The notes beneath the pieces are model-generated. The model had not been told where the DNA came from. It saw nothing but the letters and a program-made list of their open reading frames with translations, and made no database searches. A program made the position numbers and the translations under genes. From positions 1 to 64,000 of the forward strand of contig JBHLLU010000006.1 in NCBI GenBank assembly GCA_048938895.1: a DNA stretch of 64,000 nt, given 5' to 3'. Of the stretch, positions 9,549 through 20,369 are shown piece by piece; positions within the stretch are counted from its first letter, which is position 1; every line of letters begins with the position of its first letter. This DNA comes from Promethearchaeota archaeon (GTDB lineage: Archaea > Asgardarchaeota > Lokiarchaeia > Sigyniarchaeales > SOKP01).

Positions 9549-10277
9549 TTGACAGAAACAACTAAACTAGCTGTAATAGCTGACATTCATGCAAATAAAT
9601 ATGCTTTAGAGAGTTTTCTTCAATATAATGAAGAACATTTTCAGGCAGAGAAGATATTAAATTTAGGGGACTTTGTCTCAATTGGTCCACATCCTAATGA
9701 AGTAGCTCATATTATTTTCAATGATAAAAGATTTGAGAATATACTTGGAAATAATGAAATGATAATGTTGGGAAAACGAAAAAGTGAATGGCGTAGACCT
9801 TCTTCACCTCATCACGAATGGATTGCTAGCCAACTTGGCAAAGATTTAGTTGAAGTAATAAAGAAGATGGCTTCTTTAAAATATCTTGATATAAATGGAA
9901 ACAAATTGCTAATGCTTCATTCATATCCTTATGATGATCCAAACAGGACAATTATGGACAATCTTTTAATCTATCAAGGTAAGTCTCTTGAAGAATTTGT
10001 AAAAGATTATCCTGAAAATGTTGACATTATATTGGTTGGCCATTCTCATTTGCAATTATATATTGATTGGAAAGGTAAGAAAATTATAAATCCCGGCTCG
10101 ATTAGCATCAATTGGAAACCAAGAGCATCTTTTTGTTTGTTAGAGATTGATGATGATAACTTGAATGTTAATTTCAAAAATATTCCTTACGATTTTTCCA
10201 AATTAAAGCACGATTATGATAAAAATAAAGTGGTAGCAAAAGATTTTCTTATTAAATATTTTTATCCATTTATCTAA
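9549..10277 (+). CDS. calcineurin-like metallophosphoesterase (YfcE-like)
   Basis: ADIHAN, LGD, GNNE, GHSH, INPGS. Confidence 0.88.
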   Translation: MTETTKLAVIADIHANKYALESFLQYNEEHFQAEKILNLGDFVSIGPHPNEVAHIIFNDKRFENILGNNEMIMLGKRKSEWRRPSSPHHEWIASQLGKDLVEVIKKMASLKYLDINGNKLLMLHSYPYDDPNRTIMDNLLIYQGKSLEEFVKDYPENVDIILVGHSHLQLYIDWKGKKIINPGSISINWKPRASFCLLEIDDDNLNVNFKNIPYDFSKLKHDYDKNKVVAKDFLIKYFYPFI

Positions 10278-10325
10278 AGTTACTTTCAGAAATAAAAAAA
10301 AAATATTTTTTTTGGATTATATATA

Positions 10326-12440
10326 TTAACAAAATTTACACCATGGAGTTTTAAAGATAACTTTACGACCTGTTGCGATAATTCTTGATCCTTTTTTGAT
10401 CACAATCAATGATCCAAGTTCCCCTCTACAAATATAGATCTCCGTATGTTTTGTTTTCCAATGTCTACATATATCCCATTTCAACCATTGACCTTCAAAA
10501 TTCAAGTAAATACCATTATCATATATATGCATCTCAGCTGGGCCATTATATCTCATACCCCATTTTTTAATCTTGGCATATCCATCGAATATATTCGTCT
10601 TAGGTTCTACAACAGGGAGTATTATATATGAAAAGAAATTGTCGTCATGAAATATAGTGTTAAGGGCTATTTGAATATCTTCTTCTGTCTCAGTATATAA
10701 ATCTCCTCCTGTATTAAGGTTGCGATCATGTTTAGGAAAGTTACTGCTAGAAATATCAACTTGTATGCGGTGTCCTGCTAAAAATACATGACTCATATCA
10801 CCTAAATTAATTTCAAAATTATAAATTTCCCCAGGTGTCATTAAAATAGGATCACTCATCGATTCTCGAAATCTTGCTCTTAGAATACCGTCACCTACTA
10901 ACATAGCACTTCCATCAGGATGAACATCTATCAATTTAGCTGTAAAATCCGTGTCAGTACAGTTTGATGAAGCACTTAAAACTACCTTAAGTGGCCCAGA
11001 AATTTCAAGATTTTCTTCTAATTCTTCACTAGTGTAGATGAGCACATCTTTTCTCCCCATTTCTACCGGTCTCTGATCAAACGAACCCGCTGGTAGTCCA
11101 AGATTTCTTCCGCCCCAGGTTAATACTGGATTCATTGGATCATAAAGATAACTTTCCGATAATTCACCATCAGAAGAAAATTGTGTACTAAGAATACCTC
11201 CCTCATGTAGGTAATAATTAGTATATTCTACTCCTCCTAATGGCCACTGGTCTGCCCATTTCCACTCATCTAGACCATGAACATAGTAATATACGGAAGG
11301 CTCATCCATTATTCCTGTATCTTCACCTTTTAACCAATAATCAAACCAGTCATAGTACATACTATAATAAAGTTCTGAAGGAAATCCTAATCCTCCATGA
11401 GTTCCCGGCGCTACATACAGTTTCTGGTTTCCCTTGTCTTGTAAAGCTACAAACGCATCTATTGATGGTCTAGAGAAAAAGTCATACCAACCCGCTACGT
11501 GGATCATAGGAATATCTATAGTGTCTTGAACATTAATTTTATTTCGAAACTCATCTTCATTTGGATGAGATAATATTTCATCACCAAATGGCTGTAAGGC
11601 ACTAAAGCTAGGATCTCCCCCATTCAAAGGAAGATTTGTCCATGTTGCAGAATCTAGAGGAGTAGCCCCTGGTGCTAAAGTCACATGTGAGATCAAATCC
11701 ATGAGACTAGTATACACACTCCCTAAATATGCTGGAATATTCCACGGGTCAGGGATTGTAGCAAGATGTGAATTAGATAGCCCTTGCAGAGTCTGTGAAT
11801 ATGTCCAAATTAGAGCATCCTGTCGATAAGCTCCACCGTCAAAAGTAAGGTCGTTATAAAGATTAGCACTTGCAACGTATGATAATGCTGAAACCAAATG
11901 AGGTGGATTCTCACCTGCAGCTAGATATGTAGTTATACCTGAAGCTGATCCACCATGAATACCAACTTTTCCGTTACACCAAGATTGAGAAGCAACCCAT
12001 TCGATTGTATCATATCCATCAGGTCCGTCATCATAAAAGAGACGATCTTTACCTTCTGACAAATATCTACCCCTGGTGTCTTGAGTAACATATGCATAAC
12101 CATGCTGTATATCATCTGGCCATTGTGTTAAATCTGTTGGATCGGGAGGTTCTCCAGGACCTCCGATTCCATAGGGAGTTCTTGTAATGATTGCTGGATA
12201 TTTTCCAGATCCTGGAAGGAAAATTCTTGTATATAAACTCACCCCATCTCGCATTGGTACCATTTCTTCTAGAAATATTGGTTCATCTGGTTTAGCTCTT
12301 ACAGACGGGATTGTAATAATAAGGAATCCGCAAAAAACACAAAGTAAGGTTATACTAATAAGTTTTGTATTTTTTCTCATTTTATTTAAACTCTTTTTTC
12401 TTTGGGTACTTTTATCATTGCGCCCCTCCTCGGCGCTCAT
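10326..12440 (-). CDS. secreted CocE/NonD family hydrolase (peptidase S15)
   Basis: VPMRDGV, RTPY, DTRGRYLSEG, GGSASG, GWYDFF, ISSSNFP; signal peptide; true start probably near 12380. Confidence 0.9.
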   Translation of the reverse strand: MSAEEGRNDKSTQRKKSLNKMRKNTKLISITLLCVFCGFLIITIPSVRAKPDEPIFLEEMVPMRDGVSLYTRIFLPGSGKYPAIITRTPYGIGGPGEPPDPTDLTQWPDDIQHGYAYVTQDTRGRYLSEGKDRLFYDDGPDGYDTIEWVASQSWCNGKVGIHGGSASGITTYLAAGENPPHLVSALSYVASANLYNDLTFDGGAYRQDALIWTYSQTLQGLSNSHLATIPDPWNIPAYLGSVYTSLMDLISHVTLAPGATPLDSATWTNLPLNGGDPSFSALQPFGDEILSHPNEDEFRNKINVQDTIDIPMIHVAGWYDFFSRPSIDAFVALQDKGNQKLYVAPGTHGGLGFPSELYYSMYYDWFDYWLKGEDTGIMDEPSVYYYVHGLDEWKWADQWPLGGVEYTNYYLHEGGILSTQFSSDGELSESYLYDPMNPVLTWGGRNLGLPAGSFDQRPVEMGRKDVLIYTSEELEENLEISGPLKVVLSASSNCTDTDFTAKLIDVHPDGSAMLVGDGILRARFRESMSDPILMTPGEIYNFEINLGDMSHVFLAGHRIQVDISSSNFPKHDRNLNTGGDLYTETEEDIQIALNTIFHDDNFFSYIILPVVEPKTNIFDGYAKIKKWGMRYNGPAEMHIYDNGIYLNFEGQWLKWDICRHWKTKHTEIYICRGELGSLIVIKKGSRIIATGRKVIFKTPWCKFC

Positions 12441-12586
12441 TTAAAGAAATTTTTTGATTGAAAAATTGGTTTTCGATAATAAAATTAGATCGGTTAAATA
12501 ATATGATAAAGTGATATAAAAGGTTTGACTTTTATATTTTTTATTTTTATACCACTTATCCTATTAAATAAAGCTACTATTGTATC

Positions 12587-13093
12587 ATGGATATATTAAA
12601 GAGAGAATTAATTGAATTTAAAGATAGGAAATTCCCAGAAAAAATATGTTTTAAACCTATCGGCATAATTCATACATCATTTAAGAATTTAAAAGGCATA
12701 CCAATCCAATTTTCGTTATCAAATGCTAAGGGAACCATCGAGATTTTTAATGAATATACTGCGGGTTTAAAAGATCTCTCTGGTTTTTCACATCTTTATT
12801 GTTTATATTATTTCGATATGGTAAAACAACCAGTCCCCCTTCAATCTAAACCATTTCTAGTCGATGAAGAAAAAGGAGTTTTTGCTATCCGTACCCCTTT
12901 TCGACCTAATCCAATAGGACTTTCGATTCTCGAAATAATAGATCAAAGAGAAAATATAATTTTTGTTAAAAATGTGGATATTCTTGACAGAACACCGATA
13001 TTGGATTTAAAACCTTATGTGCCAAAATTCGATAATGTCAAAACAAAAAAAATTGGTTGGCTACAAGGAAATATAAAGAGAAAAACAAGCTAA
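12587..13093 (+). CDS. tsaA: tRNA m6t6A37 methyltransferase TrmO/TsaA
   Basis: PIGII, GLKDLSGFSH, GVFAIRTPFRPNPIGLS, TPILDLKPY. Confidence 0.9.
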   Translation: MDILKRELIEFKDRKFPEKICFKPIGIIHTSFKNLKGIPIQFSLSNAKGTIEIFNEYTAGLKDLSGFSHLYCLYYFDMVKQPVPLQSKPFLVDEEKGVFAIRTPFRPNPIGLSILEIIDQRENIIFVKNVDILDRTPILDLKPYVPKFDNVKTKKIGWLQGNIKRKTS

Positions 13094-14499
13094 TTTGAAG
13101 CTAATTGATTCTTTTTTATACGTACTCGTTTAGCTTGAATAGCAATTGTCTCAAGAAGTCTTTGCTGATTTGTTGAAATCCATGGACCTTCGCAGTCAAT
13201 TGCTGCATAAGGAATGTCGCTTTTATTGGCTAGAGGCCGTATAATAGCTTGTGAGTTCATCGCTGGTTGACAATTAAATGTACCCATATTAACAAGCCCA
13301 TCGTAAACATTTTCTTCAATCGAATGCAAAAATCGGCCAGTGATTATTGGAGTTTCACTAAGACTGTTTGCAGAAACATATTGGCTACCTTTTTCAAATA
13401 GATCAATAAATTCGATATAAGGATCGAATAATAGTCCCGATTTTTTCATTTGTTTCCTAAAAGTTTTACATTGTGAGTTTAAAAAGTTTAAAGCACTTCT
13501 ATTCCTATTTGCTCTAGTAACCTCTTTTTGATCATTTTTGTTCAAATTCTCAGCATTATATAACCTTTTATTATATTGCTCTTTCGGCTTAATATATCCT
13601 TTTTTAAATCCATATCTTATTGAACTTTCTGCTAATATTAAACTCATTGTTTCAACAATATCCACTACTTTTGGGATTATTCCCTTCTCAAGAAAAAATT
13701 CTTCTACAGGATAATGATCAAACATTAGGTTTAAGCCCCCAAAAATTAATACTTTTGGAGTCTCTTCAACGGTAGCTTTCAGGGGTATTTTTGAGACGTC
13801 TCTTGCCCATTTTATTAATCCTGTGTTTAGTGTTTTCTTTTCTTCTTTTACATTGGTTATAAATTCATCTGTAATTTCTTCAAATTTCTCCAAAGCAGTG
13901 TCTTTATTTTCAGCAACACATTGTAAAGCATTTCGAGCTTCGATTAAATATTGACCGAGTATGAAGTAAAGATTTTCCCACGCAAGTAGATCTCGATTTA
14001 ACCCTAAATAACCATTTGTAAATTTAGGAAAAGCACAAAAGATTACATTCTTCAAATTTAATCGTTTTGAAAAAGTATCCCATAAAGCAGGCCAAGCTCC
14101 ATTCTGGCAAGGACCGTGATTATCAATTGGTGTTCTATAAATTGTAATCTCATTTTCTTTTCTATATTCAGAAATGTCTTTTAATACCGCACCAGCTATA
14201 GCTACACTAGCAAGGCACTCTCTACCAGAGCATATTTTTTTTGCATATTGTAAAATAGAACTATCTGTATCACCACAAATTCTAATTCTTCGACCATATT
14301 TTTCAAAAAGATTGATAACTAAACGTCGACCATATGGATTACGTGGCTCTGGGTTTACATATACGATCCTTGGATCATCAAATTCAACTTTTTGGTCATC
14401 ACTATCAATAATATGTTTATAATTATCTGAAATTCTGGCCTGTTTGTTTTTTTTAATTTTATTAATGGTACTATTCTCATTTTGTTCTATTTCAATCAT
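13090..14499 (-). CDS. 2-hydroxyacyl-CoA dehydratase-like C-terminal partner of the CoA activase
   Basis: SGRECL, GPCQNG, GTFNCQP, AIDCEG motifs; directly downstream of the activase gene. Confidence 0.7.
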   Translation of the reverse strand: MIEIEQNENSTINKIKKNKQARISDNYKHIIDSDDQKVEFDDPRIVYVNPEPRNPYGRRLVINLFEKYGRRIRICGDTDSSILQYAKKICSGRECLASVAIAGAVLKDISEYRKENEITIYRTPIDNHGPCQNGAWPALWDTFSKRLNLKNVIFCAFPKFTNGYLGLNRDLLAWENLYFILGQYLIEARNALQCVAENKDTALEKFEEITDEFITNVKEEKKTLNTGLIKWARDVSKIPLKATVEETPKVLIFGGLNLMFDHYPVEEFFLEKGIIPKVVDIVETMSLILAESSIRYGFKKGYIKPKEQYNKRLYNAENLNKNDQKEVTRANRNRSALNFLNSQCKTFRKQMKKSGLLFDPYIEFIDLFEKGSQYVSANSLSETPIITGRFLHSIEENVYDGLVNMGTFNCQPAMNSQAIIRPLANKSDIPYAAIDCEGPWISTNQQRLLETIAIQAKRVRIKKNQLASN

Positions 14500-14501
14500 T
14501 A

Positions 14502-17459
14502 TTAAACTGTGATACTTTGAGTTATTTGTTTTTTTATATTTTTATCTTTCTTTCGATGACGTTCTTCTATAATATCAAGAAAAGCGCCAACTCTGGTCTC
14601 AAAACCAGCATGTGCAGTATGAGAATCTATCTCAAGATAACAAAATGTATGACCTTCAAGTTTTTGTCGAAATTGATGATACATAGTTCCATCAGGTCCA
14701 CAAGAAAAGCAAGATACAAAACAAATATATAAATTGGGATATCGTTTGACATATTCAACAGCATTATCAATTTCTTGAGTAAAACTCCATGCATTTCTTA
14801 GATGAGCTGATTCATTATCTAATAAAGGAAGCAGATCTGAAGGAATTGCATTATATCCTCGACTTACAATTTTACGGGGTAATGCTATATTGACATCTGT
14901 GGGGTATACAACATATGGTCTTCCAGCAATAATTACTGAAGGCTTTTTTAGCAATTCCTTCAATTTCTTTTTACCAAATTCGTTATAAATTTCTCTAAAC
15001 ATTCTGTAGTGTGATAAAGCAACTAATCCCGCATTTAGACCAATTTTCTCTTCTAAACCCAGTACTACTGCAATTCTTCCAAATTCCTTTAAAGTTGTTT
15101 CTATAAGGTGTTCCGAAAGTCCAATATGAGGAGATAGTATTTTTTTACTTGAAATTTCAAAAGCAGCTCGAATTATATCTGGAATGGTGGTTGTTGATGG
15201 ACAGGTATAAGCATGAATATATCCTTTTGGTATTTCCAATTCAATAACATGAGGTAAAAATATATAATCTACCTCGCGATCTATTAGATCACTTACAGCT
15301 CCATGAACTAACTCACAAGGATAACAAATTGGTGCTTTTGTTTTTGTGTTGCCTATTTTTGAGGGATTTGATAAAACAACGTCATATCCTAGCTCGTTGA
15401 TGAATTTTGTATACAGTGGGAAAAGAATATGAGAGGTCAAACCCATTGGGATTCCAATTGTACCTCGTGGATTCTTTATAGAAATAGCGCCAAATTCATT
15501 AAAAACCAAATTATTTCTTAATTCAATTAGATCTTGTCCTTCTTTTACTTTTATATTCTTTTGTCTTAATAACCTGTATTTTGAACACAATCCTCCGAAA
15601 GGATAAACTTTTCCTCTTATTAAAATGTTTTGAATCTCACAATTATTATCACATGCTTTACATCTGAACATATTTTTAATTTGTATATCCCCTTTTAATA
15701 ATTCTTTTAATTGGTAATTTTTCTCATTGATAATATTCCTTGTGAGAAGATCTTGTGTCATAAGTGCTGTCCCGACAGCACCCATAAGTTCGGGATGTGC
15801 GGGAACTATAACTTTTCGTTGAGAACGAGCGGCTATCGCTAATGCAACTGATCTGTTAAGAGCTACACCCCCTAGAAAAAGAAGATTTTCCCCTATCTGA
15901 CGAGGTCCAACAATCCGAGAAATGTAATTATCAGCAATAGAATAGACTAATCCTGCAACAACATCATCTGGATTTGCTCCTTGTTGAAGAGCATTCCTTA
16001 GATCAGTATTGATAAAAGCAGCACATCGTTCTCCAAATGCTATAGGATGATTACTTTTTTCTGCTATACTACTAATCTTTTCCACAGCTATACCCATATC
16101 TACTGAGGCTGATTCTTCAAGGAAACTTCCCGTTCCTGCAGAACAACCCTCATTCATGGCATAATCAATTGGAACTCCCTTTAAAAATGATATAAATTTT
16201 GAGTCCTGTCCTCCAATCTCAAATACTGTATCAACATCCGAAACTTCTTCTGTAGCTGCTCTAGCATGAGCTAAAATTTCATTAAAACTTCGACAATTTT
16301 CTAAATAAACGGATACCATCTCCCTAGCAGATCCAGTTACCCCACTCTGAATAATCTTTATTGATTTTTCTCCTACTTGTTCTAAAAGTTCAATAATACA
16401 TTGTTTAGTTGCCAAAATAGGATTTCCTAATGTTCTTAGATAAACACTTGCTCCTATTGAACCATCTTCACTATTAAATAATACAGCTTTAGTAGTTGTT
16501 GAACCAGCATCTACACCCAATATATATTTACCTTTATTTTTTACTTCGAATTTGTCATTTAATTCTACTCGATAGTCCAATAGAGATTCTGCATTTCTAA
16601 GTGGTTTGTGAGTGGGGAACTCAATTTTAGAATATTTGAACCGATCATTATATAGTGTTGCAGAATTTTGTAATTCAGAAGCAAATAATGAAGCGCCAAA
16701 TACCTCTAAATACGGGCTTTCAGGTAATACTTTGATTTCAGAATCCTTAAGAAAATGAGACAAATTTTCAATGAAAATCTTATTTAAAGCAACTCCTCCT
16801 GATATAACTATAAGTTTCGTTGACCATTGAGCCGCTTCAATCATTTCACTAACTTTTCTTGCTAAATCATAGATTAAAGTTTTCACAATATCTTCAGGTT
16901 TACATTCACCTTTATTGAGCTTATGAGTTGCATCCGATTTACAATGAACGGAACATCTTGTTGCTAATTGAGTGAAATTCCCAGTCTTACTAGCTTTAAT
17001 TCCTGCTTCAATTGATAAACCCATCCGTTGGAGTTGTTGGACAAGAAATTCCCCAGTTCCCGCAGCACATTTCGAAGTGGAGATAATATTCTTTATTATC
17101 CCATTTTTCATCGGATATACACTAAAGGTTTCGCCTCCAAGTGAAAGAAGAATATCTGGTTTCAGGTTATAATAAGATAAAGCTTTCTCTAGACATTCTA
17201 CCTCAGAGATATAAGGAAGATCCAAAAAACTTGACGTTGCTTGCCCTGTAATTATAATCTTCGATTTTTGATCAATATTATAACGTTTAAATATTTCTTG
17301 TATTTTTTCTCTAGGAGATCCTTCATGTCTTATAACTTCACTTTGAGTTTCTCCACTTGTTGATCGTCTAACCCATTTAACTGAAACAGCTCCAATTTCT
17401 AATCCTTCGTAATATTCTATTTTACGTTGACTTATTCCCGAAAGAGTATCATCTGACAT
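14502..17459 (-). CDS. CoA-substrate-specific enzyme activase (two BadF/BcrAD ATPase domains plus DUF2229)
   Basis: KCAAGTGEFL, GVDAGSTTTK, EIGGQDSK, NEGCSAGTGSFLEE, CYPCE, FSCGPD, EIDSH. Confidence 0.88.
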   Translation of the reverse strand: MSDDTLSGISQRKIEYYEGLEIGAVSVKWVRRSTSGETQSEVIRHEGSPREKIQEIFKRYNIDQKSKIIITGQATSSFLDLPYISEVECLEKALSYYNLKPDILLSLGGETFSVYPMKNGIIKNIISTSKCAAGTGEFLVQQLQRMGLSIEAGIKASKTGNFTQLATRCSVHCKSDATHKLNKGECKPEDIVKTLIYDLARKVSEMIEAAQWSTKLIVISGGVALNKIFIENLSHFLKDSEIKVLPESPYLEVFGASLFASELQNSATLYNDRFKYSKIEFPTHKPLRNAESLLDYRVELNDKFEVKNKGKYILGVDAGSTTTKAVLFNSEDGSIGASVYLRTLGNPILATKQCIIELLEQVGEKSIKIIQSGVTGSAREMVSVYLENCRSFNEILAHARAATEEVSDVDTVFEIGGQDSKFISFLKGVPIDYAMNEGCSAGTGSFLEESASVDMGIAVEKISSIAEKSNHPIAFGERCAAFINTDLRNALQQGANPDDVVAGLVYSIADNYISRIVGPRQIGENLLFLGGVALNRSVALAIAARSQRKVIVPAHPELMGAVGTALMTQDLLTRNIINEKNYQLKELLKGDIQIKNMFRCKACDNNCEIQNILIRGKVYPFGGLCSKYRLLRQKNIKVKEGQDLIELRNNLVFNEFGAISIKNPRGTIGIPMGLTSHILFPLYTKFINELGYDVVLSNPSKIGNTKTKAPICYPCELVHGAVSDLIDREVDYIFLPHVIELEIPKGYIHAYTCPSTTTIPDIIRAAFEISSKKILSPHIGLSEHLIETTLKEFGRIAVVLGLEEKIGLNAGLVALSHYRMFREIYNEFGKKKLKELLKKPSVIIAGRPYVVYPTDVNIALPRKIVSRGYNAIPSDLLPLLDNESAHLRNAWSFTQEIDNAVEYVKRYPNLYICFVSCFSCGPDGTMYHQFRQKLEGHTFCYLEIDSHTAHAGFETRVGAFLDIIEERHRKKDKNIKKQITQSITV

Positions 17460-17635
17460 TGTTGTTCGAATTGATTTTGCGTTTTTGTATAAATTAACTC
17501 GATAATTATAAAATCAAATAATAAGTTATTTTTATCAATAGTTAATTTATAAAAGTTTCACTTAAAAACACACTATCAGAAGTATTACTATTAAAGATAT
17601 ATAGAGATTTAACCTAAACAAAAATTAAATCTAAT

Positions 17636-18562
17636 TTATAAGATTAATTCCCAATTCTCTTCTGTTAAATCTCGACCCCATATCTGGTGACTTTTAGATT
17701 CGACTAATTGAAATCCATTCTTTTCATATATCCTGCGGGCTATTTTAAGTTCACTAATAGTTCCCAAAACAACTTTTTCATAACCTTTTTTCTTACAAAA
17801 ATTTATAGCTTCATGAATTAACTTTGTTCCAATTCCCTTATTTCTCTCACTTGTTTCAACAAGAAACCACCTCAGTTGAGCAATCTTTTCTTCTAATTGA
17901 ACAATCGCAATTGAACCAACAAATTCTTCATCCTTTTCAACAACCCATAAATGTTCTTTACTTGAATTATAGTTATCTAAAAATTCTGCCATATATTTGG
18001 CCACATAAGCTTCAAAAGTTTCATCAAGTTGATTTTCGATAGCATATATTACACCATGTCGATAGATTATATATCCTATATCACCAGATTTATGAGTTCG
18101 TATACTATAAAATTCAGGTCCCTCTGTGCTACTTTTTAAAATTCTCTCGATAGTTTGCATTGCAATGACGAGTTTAATTTGTTCAGTGTTGCTTAGATTA
18201 ACAAGTAATTTTTCGATTTGTTCATTAGCTTTTTCTTGAAGCCTATCGATTAATTTTTGTCCCTGATTTGTCAAATAAAGATGTTGTTTACGCATGTCTA
18301 TTTTAGATTTTTCCTTCGTAATTAACCCTTTCCTCTCAAAACCACTCAATATTCGACTAAGGTATGCAGGATCTAAGTTAAGTAATTTAACAAGCTCACT
18401 TGCAGTTATGGGTGAAAGACGATTAATCTCAAACATGATTCTCACCTCAGTTAACGAATATGCGCTTTTAAGCAAGGTTTTATCTAGGAGACCAAGTAAA
18501 TTTGTATAGAAGCGATTAAAGCTTCGTATTTTACCTATTCTATTTGATTTTTCTGTTTCCAT
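17636..18562 (-). CDS. MarR-HTH/GNAT acetyltransferase fusion regulator
   Basis: IRSFNRFYT..LDPAYLSRIL..D.R; C-terminal AQLRWFLV..RNKGIG..ARRIYEKNGF. Confidence 0.9.
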   Translation of the reverse strand: METEKSNRIGKIRSFNRFYTNLLGLLDKTLLKSAYSLTEVRIMFEINRLSPITASELVKLLNLDPAYLSRILSGFERKGLITKEKSKIDMRKQHLYLTNQGQKLIDRLQEKANEQIEKLLVNLSNTEQIKLVIAMQTIERILKSSTEGPEFYSIRTHKSGDIGYIIYRHGVIYAIENQLDETFEAYVAKYMAEFLDNYNSSKEHLWVVEKDEEFVGSIAIVQLEEKIAQLRWFLVETSERNKGIGTKLIHEAINFCKKKGYEKVVLGTISELKIARRIYEKNGFQLVESKSHQIWGRDLTEENWELIL

Positions 18563-18596
18563 TTCAAGTTTTAATAATGAATATGTTAATTTAAAT

Positions 18597-18611
18597 GTTG
18601 ACTAAGACAAC
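18597..18611. promoter_or_regulatory. candidate MarR operator GTTGAC-TAA-GACAAC
   Basis: Imperfect palindrome (5/6) about 35 bp upstream of the MarR-GNAT start. Confidence 0.4.
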
Positions 18612-18745
18612 TAAATACTTGCCATAATCACAATAAATCCTTAAAATACTTCAAAATCATACCAAAGGGTTTTATAATATCATCTTACTGCTATTTTCTT
18701 AAGTCTAACAAAAAAGTAAGAATTTCAAGAAAAAGGTAAAATAAA

Positions 18746-19078
18746 ATGAGTTTTGATGAATTTGATGAAGATTTAGTTGGAGGAGAACCAGTAAAATCTA
18801 AAACTCCCGCCTCTAAAACACCTTCAGGTGGTAAAAAATTGACCCTTTATTTCATGTCAACCATTGGTCCCGGTGAAAAAAAAGAAAAATTAACTGTGAA
18901 TGATGGAAATCGTGTTGAAGATATTAAAAGTACCTTAGGAAATTTGTATGGACTTGATCCTAATGATTTTCACTTATCCTCAGGGGGAGTAACTATGGAT
19001 GAAAATAGTACCTTAAGGGATTATGATGTAAATAATGGGGATGACATACTTTTAATCCCTGCAAGTACTGCAGGCTAA
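18746..19078 (+). CDS. ubiquitin-fold protein with N-terminal extension and single C-terminal Gly
   Basis: V.DIK..L...G......L..GG..MD...TLRDYDV..GD.ILL ubiquitin pattern; ends IPASTAG. Confidence 0.8.
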   Translation: MSFDEFDEDLVGGEPVKSKTPASKTPSGGKKLTLYFMSTIGPGEKKEKLTVNDGNRVEDIKSTLGNLYGLDPNDFHLSSGGVTMDENSTLRDYDVNNGDDILLIPASTAG

Positions 19079-19099
19079 TTATATAATTTCTTTTTTTTT

Positions 19100-20233
19100 T
19101 TAATTTTTATCTGCTTTCTTTTTTACGATACAATATGCTGTATCATTAGCTGCTACAGTTATACATCCATTACAATTTGTACAGAGAGGGGGGGTTAAAT
19201 CACCATTTTTCCAGCGATTTGGAAGATTTGGTTCATAAATTAAAGGTCTACTTAAAGCTATAAAATCAGTTATATTATCATTAAGAAAACTTTCCATGAT
19301 CAATGGATTTCTGACTCCACCTTGAAGAATAATTGAGTGATCTTTCATTATAGGTTTTAATTTTAAGACATTCTGTAAAAAATAATTCTGACTTTCTTCC
19401 GATTTAATCATTACAGAAGGATATGTCTTCCTATTGCTAAATCCTAAATCATAACGACCAGAACTAGGTTCTATTGCATCATAACCTGTGTCTATAAGGA
19501 TTTTAGCAATTTCTTTTGCTTCATCTAAAGTCAATCCATCCTGAAGATAATCTTTTGTATTCAACTTAATGATAATTGGGAAATTATTATCTACTTCTTC
19601 TCTAAGTTGATTAAAAATGTCAACCAATATCCTAGTTCTATTTTTAGTGTTCCCCCCGTATTCGTCACTACGTTTATTCGTAAAAGGAGATACAAAATCA
19701 CTTAGTAGATACCCATGAGAACTATGAATTTGCACCATATCATAGCCACATTCGTAAGCTCTCCTCCCTGTGTTTACAAATTTTTTAATAATATCTCTTA
19801 CTTCCTCGGTAGTTAACTCATGGCATGGCTTTTTAAGTCTTAAGTTGATCATCGATGTAGGTCCAACCGGTATAAAATTGGTATTTCCAAATATAAAAGG
19901 ACCATTACCAGTATGAGCAATTTGAGCAGCAATTTTCACTTCTGAAAAGTCATGAACTGTGTCTACTATCTTTTTCTGCCCAGGAATAAATGTATCATCG
20001 TACAGACAAGCCATTTTTTGGGTAGCTGCTCCCAATGGATCTACAGCAAGATATCCTGAAATAATTAGACCTGTTCCTCCTTCAGCTAAATCCCTAAATA
20101 CTTTAATCAAACCTTCCGTTACATAACCCTCGGCTGTTGCTTTTGCCATCCACGTTGCGGATCTGACGATTCTATTTTTAGTATGAACATTTCTAATTTT
20201 TCCAGGGCTAAATAGGTTTTTTAGTTCTATCAT
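19100..20233 (-). CDS. NADH:flavin oxidoreductase (old yellow enzyme family)
   Basis: KNRIVRSAT, QIAHTG, IHSSHGYLL, NKRSDEYGG, RPLI, CTNCNGC. Confidence 0.9.
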   Translation of the reverse strand: MIELKNLFSPGKIRNVHTKNRIVRSATWMAKATAEGYVTEGLIKVFRDLAEGGTGLIISGYLAVDPLGAATQKMACLYDDTFIPGQKKIVDTVHDFSEVKIAAQIAHTGNGPFIFGNTNFIPVGPTSMINLRLKKPCHELTTEEVRDIIKKFVNTGRRAYECGYDMVQIHSSHGYLLSDFVSPFTNKRSDEYGGNTKNRTRILVDIFNQLREEVDNNFPIIIKLNTKDYLQDGLTLDEAKEIAKILIDTGYDAIEPSSGRYDLGFSNRKTYPSVMIKSEESQNYFLQNVLKLKPIMKDHSIILQGGVRNPLIMESFLNDNITDFIALSRPLIYEPNLPNRWKNGDLTPPLCTNCNGCITVAANDTAYCIVKKKADKN

Positions 20234-20369
20234 AATTACTCTCTAAATTAGAGATTCATAGCTAATCTCTTTTTGTCAATTTTATATTTAGTAATCAATG
20301 AGATAGCAATATTCGTATTACTTTCATTTTAAATTTATTTAGAAGGAATAGCATGGTATTTACAATAGC

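Noticed and set aside
20240-20270. Short inverted repeats upstream of the OYE gene (AGAGATT-N7-AATCTCT)
   Set aside because: 7-bp AT-rich arms in a single copy; not distinguishable from chance.
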